Below, piece after piece: positions 62,651 through 64,000 of a stretch of 64,000 nt of DNA. The position numbers were made by a program, and so were the translations under genes. The DNA is from Octopus bimaculoides. Taxonomy: Eukaryota. The stretch covers positions 17,113,919 through 17,177,918 of the forward strand of contig NC_068998.1 in assembly GCF_001194135.2 (NCBI RefSeq), read 5' to 3'. The first letter of the stretch is position 1, and the number at the start of each line of letters is the position of its first letter. A model generated the notes under the pieces. That model was not told the origin of the DNA, did not search any database, and saw nothing but the letters and a program-made list of their open reading frames with translations.

Positions 62651-63757
62651 ATCAAAGCCAGTAGAAAATAAGTTAAGCATGGCTGAATTCCTACAACTGA
62701 AACCATTATAAGAAAGAAAGAAAGATTGAATTTAGAAAAGGACACCATAATCCTTTTGATGCCAACCCACATCTGAGACTGCCTTTGGTCCTATGATATA
62801 AACTTCTGATTTTGAAGAAATTTAAATGAAAAGCTTCCATCAAAACTTTGTGTTAATTTATGTTCCAAACACCAGCTTAACAATAACAAAATTAATTTAC
62901 TAATTTCTTCATTATTTTCAAAATTAATTGAAACAAAGCAACATTTTTCAAAATAAATATGGTATCAAAAGAAATAAAATGAAGGGGGTTTACTTTAAAA
63001 CCAGATATAGTGTCGGGTAGATTGATTATCAAAGAGTATGATTCATGGACATGCTAATGTGTCTGGTTTGCTTAATCTCTCAATCAATTATCCTCTCTCA
63101 CTCCAAGCATTTGCTTGGTTACTGACATGCCAGAGGAATACTCCATGATGACAACAGAGACTGCAGTGGTAGCAGCAGTGGCAGAAGTGGTGGAAACAAT
63201 GACAGTGATCATGACGATGACAACAATGACAAATACATAAAAAAAATAAATTGATAATTGAACATGTTTGGTGAAAGATTCTTCAGACCTACATGTTTCA
63301 AGATTATAGATTGAAAGTTATCCTCCCATGAACTTCAAGATCCCTTAATACCAGTCATTGTTTTTGGAATGGTATAAGTTCTTATGACTCAGCAATTGTT
63401 GTTTTCTTGTGGTTTAGCCCCATGTCAGCTTAACCAAAGAGACCTTTAATAAAAGATATTTCAAATATAGTCACCCTTTTTTTTTTTTTTTTGACATTAT
63501 CAAATGAGTCCTTGCCTTTTTGATGACAATAAGGGAGATTTGACTACTTTTTCTAGCAGTTGAGTAACCACCTACAACTACATTATCTAATGTGTCTTTC
63601 CAGTTTTTTTTCATTCTTTATTTAATATGGTGTGGTGTTATTCAATGGAGATTTGGATATTATTTCAGACATTTAGAAATACCAGGCAGAAGTTCCTTAT
63701 TTAGCTCATAGAGTACCAGTTCTTAACTTTAGTATCTACAACATTAAATAAATATGA

Positions 63758-63759
<2 letters not shown>

Positions 63760-63815
<56 letters not shown>
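63760..63815. repeat. (GA)n microsatellite
   Basis: Direct inspection. Confidence 0.95.
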
Positions 63816-63817
<2 letters not shown>

Positions 63818-63917
63818 TTTGTTTAACACAGATAATTTTCCATGATAGGATGGTAGCAATGTCTGACTTTATTTTTAATTATATTAAATACCATTTATTA
63901 ATATATTAAACATATAT

Positions 63918-64000
63918 CAAGGCTGCAAACTGGCAGAATCATTGGCATACTGAGCAAAGTGCTTAGCAGCATTTCATCCAGCTGTGCATCCTGAGTTAAA
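63918..64000 (+). mobile_element. SINE B 5' end, truncated by the window edge
   Basis: ggctgcaaactggcagaatcattggcatactgagcaaagtgcttagcagcatttc..ctgagtt. Confidence 0.7.

Overview
AT-rich, repeat-saturated animal genomic DNA from a gapped draft assembly, with about 16 N-runs, most of them bordered by microsatellites. The repeat families look like those of Octopus (inference from recognising them, not from a search). I cannot identify a host gene with confidence; three + strand segments with good splice signals are weak exon candidates. Nearly all ORFs in the supplied track are artefacts of microsatellites or N-gaps. What the sequence does support is a nested set of mobile elements. DNA transposons: a full-length decayed Chapaev3/CMC-type element (CAC..GTG ends, TAA TSD), four mariner remnants and several MITEs, two of which carry TTAGGG telomeric repeats. 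Retroelements: remnants of Penelope-like, RTE, R4/Dong, CRE and CR1 elements, a young solo LTR with a 5-bp TSD, and at least four tRNA-derived SINE families. The most interesting signals are a type I hammerhead ribozyme motif at 4787-4880, an inverted pair of hammerhead-like motifs with a compensatory base-pair change (5625-5940), a tRNA-Met-like repeat in a fold-back/tandem arrangement (28270-28910), a head-to-head telomeric palindrome inside a Merlin-like MITE (48115-48744), and a perfect 22-bp hairpin (23099-23149). Element boundaries without a stated TSD or TIR are approximate.
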